64,000 nucleotides of DNA from the NCBI GenBank assembly GCA_964016885.1, contig OZ024753.1, positions 41,974,001 to 42,038,000 of the forward strand. Reading direction: 5' to 3'. Position 1 is the first letter of the stretch, and each line of letters opens with the position of its first letter. A program made the translations under genes and the position numbers. The notes beneath the pieces are model-generated. The model made no database searches. It saw only the letters and a program-made list of their open reading frames with translations, and was not told where the DNA came from. This DNA is from Eledone cirrhosa (Eukaryota). Of this stretch, positions 58,779 through 64,000 are shown one piece after another.

Positions 58779-58783
<5 letters not shown>
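58566..58783 (-). mobile_element. HHR-like element family C, fold-back copy in opposite orientation
   Basis: Tail 58566-58655, then palindrome 58655-58783; CAGAAGA motif on + at 58712-58760. Confidence 0.75.
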
Positions 58784-58827
<44 letters not shown>

Positions 58828-59446
58828 TTCAATGAAAATAGAAGGCTGGATACCAAATATTCCTTTGATGTTGCAAAAATCATAATACGTATTTCTATGG
58901 TCTGCTTACGCCACCAGATCATGACATAAAACTTTTGGCGGCATCGTCAGACTCAAATTGTAAAGATTAAGTAATCAGTTACTGGATTACGACAAACAGA
59001 AAGAGAAAATAAAATTGAATCGGAGACGGCACGCCAGTCAGTGTGACTTCTATGACAAATCATCTCCGAACACTCAACAATACTAGGCATTGTGGGTTGG
59101 GAGGCGTGACCAAGGAGGGTGAGGCTGCTTGGTTATTTGACGGAGACAGACTTCTGCCGTCCACCGATATGCTACGCTACCAATCAGAACCATTGCTTTG
59201 TTGTTTAAAAATGTCAGAGGGACGCTAAATATGGTGCTATAGCAATATCTCTGGTCGAAAAACCAGCGTAGCGAGACGGTGAGTCTTTTAAAATGGGAAT
59301 AAATATTATTGGTGTAACGGGTTTTAAAATCTTTAAAGTTTATAAAAATGAGAAACCAGTTATTATAACGTTAAATAAATCAATAAAAAATTAAAAATAT
59401 ATAAATTATACAATTATTAAAAAAATATTAGGTTACGAAATATTTA

Positions 59447-59600
59447 ATATCTGGTATAGGGTCAAAAGGAGTCGTGTAATATCTGGTATAGGGTCAAAAG
59501 GAGTTGTGTAATATCTGGTATAGGGTCAAAAGGAGTCGTGTAATATCTGGTATAGGGTCAAAAATAGTCGTGTAATAGCTGGTAAAGGGTCAAATAGGGT
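59447..59600. repeat. Minisatellite, 31-bp unit
   Basis: AATATCTGGTATAGGGTCAAAAGGAGTCGTGT, about 5 copies. Confidence 0.9.
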
Positions 59601-60587
59601 TCACATAATATCAAAAATTGCAAAATACATATGAAATATAATATATAGAATAAAAAATAAAATAAAAAGTATATATGCCACAATATATAATACCTTATGG
59701 CAGTATCGATACAGAATCAGACGCCATGCTTTCCAACATAGTTACGTCCCTTTACGGTCTGAGTTCAAATCCCGTCGAGGTTAACTTTGCCTTTCATCCT
59801 TACGGGGTCGATAAAATAAAGTACCAGTAATGTACTGGGTAATTGCTGGCCTTGTGCCAAAAGTAGAAAGAAATATAATATATAGTAGCTCGGGTATATA
59901 TCATAATATATAATAGCTCGGGTATATTTAATAATTGTGTCTACTTTTGGCACAAGACCAGTAATTATCCCAGTGTATTACTGGTACTTTATTTTATCGA
60001 CCCCGTAAGGATGAAAAGCAAAGTTAACCTCGGCCAGATTTGAACTCTGTGCTGCAAAGCATGGCGTCCGACCTTCTACCGATACTGCCAATCCCCCATA
60101 ATCATATACAATAGCTGGGGTATACATCATAATACAGATGGATTATAAAAGGTACCGTATTTCCAGGCGTCGAAGGCGCTATTTGTTTCCTAAAATAAGT
60201 CTTGAAAATTTAGCATATGTCATGAGGTCGAAGGTTGTGTTTCCTATAGACATATCCTATCCCCAGAAGAAATATATCTCTGCTAGACAGTAACCGGAAC
60301 TCCTGTATATGACCTCTTAATGAAGTATATAAATTATACTTAGTTAAAGTAGTAAATAAACAAAATATCATTAAGAAAAATTAGGGAACAAGACCCGAAG
60401 TACCTGGATCTTATTTTTATGTTTAATATTGTTTTTCAAATTTTTGGTTGTGAAAAGTAAGGGGTTTCCTGGAGGGTGAAGCATCTTTGGCGACGAGAAA
60501 TAGGGTAAATAAATATGAAATCTGTTGAAAATGTATCCTACCTTAGGCCGAGAAAAACAATTATGTACTTGGTGGGATTCAATTGGT

Positions 60588-60870
60588 AAACTCCTCAAAT
60601 GTCCTTCGTAAATCTACACTCATAGTATAGCGATACTTTCACTACTTTGAAGCACGCCTAAAATTCTACTTCCGGAATGGCATTCCACTGCGCAATCGCA
60701 GTCCTCTGGCGCCGTGGCAGTCTTCTTGACGCCATCATCGTTCTCAAAGAGATCAGGGATGGTCATGTCTGGAGAAGGAACGAAATATCTTCCTTTGTGA
60801 CGAACGCGCCAGAGTATTGTCATGATGCAGCTGTCGGTTTTGTGAGGCCCACAGATTTGGTCTCTTCGTG
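60588..60870 (-). mobile_element. Mariner transposase remnant
   Basis: Minus strand RPNLWASQNRQLHHDNTLARS matches the mariner 'W.LHHDNAPAH' motif; the C-terminal 'WNAIPEVEF*ACF...FEE' carries stops and frameshifts. Confidence 0.7.
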
Positions 60871-62549
60871 CTCCATTTGGGATGCTGGTGGGTGTGAGGG
60901 TAGATGGGGGTGGAGTCGATTAAATATAACCCAGTATATTACTGGTACTTCATGTTATCTACCTCGGAAGGATGCAAGGCAAAGTTGACCTTGGTGGAAT
61001 TTGAACCCAGAAACGTACCTTCTGTCCGAATAATTGTTTCTACTTTTGGCACAAGGCCAGCAATTACCCAGTGCATTACTGGTACTTCTGTCCGAATAAT
61101 GATGATCATAATTGTTTCTAACATAAGCACAAGGCCAGAAAGCTGGAGGCTGAAGAAAGTCGATTATATCAACCCCAGTAGTTGACTGGTAGCTTATTTT
61201 ATCGACCCGGGAGGATGAAAAGCAAAGTTGACCTCGGTGGGATTTGGACCAGAACGTAGAAAGTTGTAAATATCACAAAATATTTTACCGCCCTTAAAAT
61301 AATGATATTTTAAACAAGACCAGTAATTCGTGGGAGGGGGGGGGGGATATAATATATTGACGACGACCCCCCACCCACCCACCCCAGTATTTGACTGGTA
61401 CTTTATTTTATGGGCCAAGGAAAGATAAAAGGTAACGTTGACCTTGGTGGGATTTGAACTTCAGAATGTAAAAAGCAGGAACAAATGACGCAAAACATTT
61501 TAATCGACGCTCTACAGATTCTGCCAATCTAACACACCTTCCACCTGAATAATAATGATGATGATGATGATGATGATAAATAATGATGATGATGATGGGG
61601 AGAAGAGGGAGGATGTGGTGATGGGGGGAGGGGGTTATGATGATATGGTGCGCAGGAAAAGGAGGAGGATATGGTGAAGATAATGATGAGTGAGAAGGAA
61701 GGGGAGATTGAGGAAGAGGAAGAGGATAGAATCGATCTATTTAAATGCAATACGCCGTCATTTTACCAAAGTAAGGGAACTGGGCATTTTTACAAAGGGC
61801 TGGCGGCCATTTTAACTGAGGAAAGAAAATATTTTGTTGAATTACAACTAAACTCCTCAAAATGACATTTGGTTGGTGCTGGAGAAGAGCCAGAAAAAAA
61901 GAAGAAAAATGGTTAGAATAAATAACACAAACACTACAAATATCATGAACTAAAACACACACACATACTGGCACATACACACACACACACTCACACACTC
62001 AGATACACACTGACATCTACAGGGACGTATACGCACACATACTCACACTAACATACACACTGACACCTACAGGGAGGTATACGCACACATACCGACACTA
62101 ACATACACACACACACACACTCACATACACACACACACTCACACATTCACATACACACTGACACCTACAGGGAGGTATACGCACACATACCGACACTAAC
62201 ATACACACACACACACACACTCACATACACACACACACTCACACATTCACATACACACTGACACCTACAGGGAGGTATACGCACACATACTCACACTAAC
62301 ATACACACACACACTCACATACACACTGACATCTACAGGGACGTATACGCACACATACTCACACTAACATACACACACACACATATATATATATGTGTGT
62401 ATATATATATATATATATACAGGGTGTCCCAAAAAATGTATACATATTTCAACAGCATTCTAATAAATATTGCCTGTACAGGTAATCAAAGTGTGTATAC
62501 ATTTATATATATATATATATAGAAAGAGGATTTGCTTCGAAATCACTAG

Positions 62550-62642
62550 ACGTATCTGAGGAACTTGCGAATCCAGAGTCAGGTTCGATCCACAAACAGA
62601 TCGCACCTCGAGCCGTTCACCGGAGAAACATTTGTAATACGT
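62550..62642 (+). ncRNA. Type I hammerhead with extended stem II (family H)
   Basis: ACGUAU-CUGAGGA-[62 nt incl. AGGUUCGAUC/GAUCGCACCU hairpin]-GAAA-CA UU UG-UA-AUACGU; perfect 6-bp stem I. Confidence 0.65.
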
Positions 62643-62680
62643 AATAAATTGTGTTCCGATGCATCACTGATTCTTCGTTT

Positions 62681-62772
<92 letters not shown>

Positions 62773-62776
<4 letters not shown>

Positions 62777-62955
62777 AACGAGTAGGACCCCGACGGCTGA
62801 GCTCAAGCCGTTTCGACGGGTAATTCTGGACGTCGAAACAGCTTGAGCTCAGCCGTCGGGGTCCTACTCGTTCCTATTACCCACTCTACTACCCTAAGTA
62901 TTGAGTACTTTGGTGCGTTATGGTCCACCTGGTTCCTTACCACATTTCCTTCGTT
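62773..62955 (+). mobile_element. HHR element family B, fold-back copy
   Basis: Palindrome 62773-62876 plus the family B tail; TA-flanked. Confidence 0.8.
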
Positions 62956-63157
62956 ATATATATATATATATATGTGTATATATATATATGTATATATGTA
63001 TATAATTGTAGTCACCTCTCAATATATATCGATAGGTGACCAAAGGCTTAGTAGTGGTCAGATAAAAGAAAGTACCAGTAACGCATTGGGGTTGATTTAA
63101 TCGACTTTCTCCTCCCCAAAAAAACTGTTGGTCTTGTGCTTTAATCAGATATCATTA

Positions 63158-63480
63158 TTGGTGGATTGGCAGTATCGGTAGAGGGTTGGACGCCATGTTA
63201 GGGGGGTGGATTGGCAGTATCGGTAGAGGGTTGGACGCCATGTTAGGGGGGTGGATTGGCAGTATCGGTAGAGGGTTGGACGCCATGCTAGGGGGGTGGA
63301 TTGGCAGTATCGGTAGAGGGTCGGACGCCATGCTTTCTAGCACAGTTATGTCCCTTCACGGTCTGAGTTCAAATCCCGTCGAGGTTAACTTTGCTTTTCA
63401 TCCTTACGGGGTCGATAAAATAAAGTACCAGTAATGTACTGGTTAATTGCTGGCCTTGTGCCAAAAGTAGAAACAATTAT
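63158..63480 (+). mobile_element. S1 SINE with a 4x tandem 45-bp head
   Basis: GTGGATTGGCAGTATCGGTAGAGGGTTGGACGCCATG repeats at 45-bp spacing before a single B box. Confidence 0.85.
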
Positions 63481-63539
63481 TGTTATTATAATTTGTTGTT
63501 GTTACTGATGTTGTCGTTTCACTATGGTGGCCTATATAG

Positions 63540-63617
<78 letters not shown>

Positions 63618-64000
63618 CGGTGTCTTTACAGATCAACCAACCAAGAGCTTATATTGAAATATTTGTTTTTGGAAAAGTCACGTACAAATAGGATAGAAAA
63701 CCTCTTTAGGTCCCTGGGGGTGGGGCTGGGATGTACTGTATAAGATAGCAAGAATGTCGAATCTAGGTATTTCAAGTTGTTTCAGTTGGGTCAACCGTGA
63801 AACAACTTCGTTTCATTAGCTAGAGAATAACAAATAATTGAAGGTCAATCTAATTAATTCTAACCCAAACTGCCCCAAACCGCTTCAAACCACCCCTGGT
63901 TCTGTGGGACAAAACTGTGTATTTTAAAGTATTTATATTTATCTAATGATTTATCATCATAAGTTTATGTAAAAACATTTGTTAATTTATGCTCGAAAAA

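Overview
AT-rich eukaryotic DNA, dense in microsatellites and almost entirely intronic or intergenic. The cephalopod-type 5S rRNA copy and the SINE/RTE repertoire suggest an octopod cephalopod (inference). No intact protein-coding gene is visible: nearly all listed ORFs are translated (TA)n/(CA)n/(GA)n/trinucleotide repeats. The window holds tRNA-derived SINEs, decayed RTE and L2/CR1 LINE pieces, a mariner transposase remnant, MITEs, minisatellites, a 5S pseudogene and two candidate small exons. The main discovery is a set of type I hammerhead ribozyme (HHR) motifs from at least 7 short element families. They are supported by covarying stems between copies, sit almost always inside (TA)n tracts, and are often captured as fold-back palindromes that turn at or near the ribozyme. 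Several have non-canonical cores (U4A, U3-A8, U10.1-U11.1, very long stem II). They most resemble pseudo-LTR relics or non-autonomous derivatives of Penelope-like elements. All folds were assigned by eye; activity is untested.
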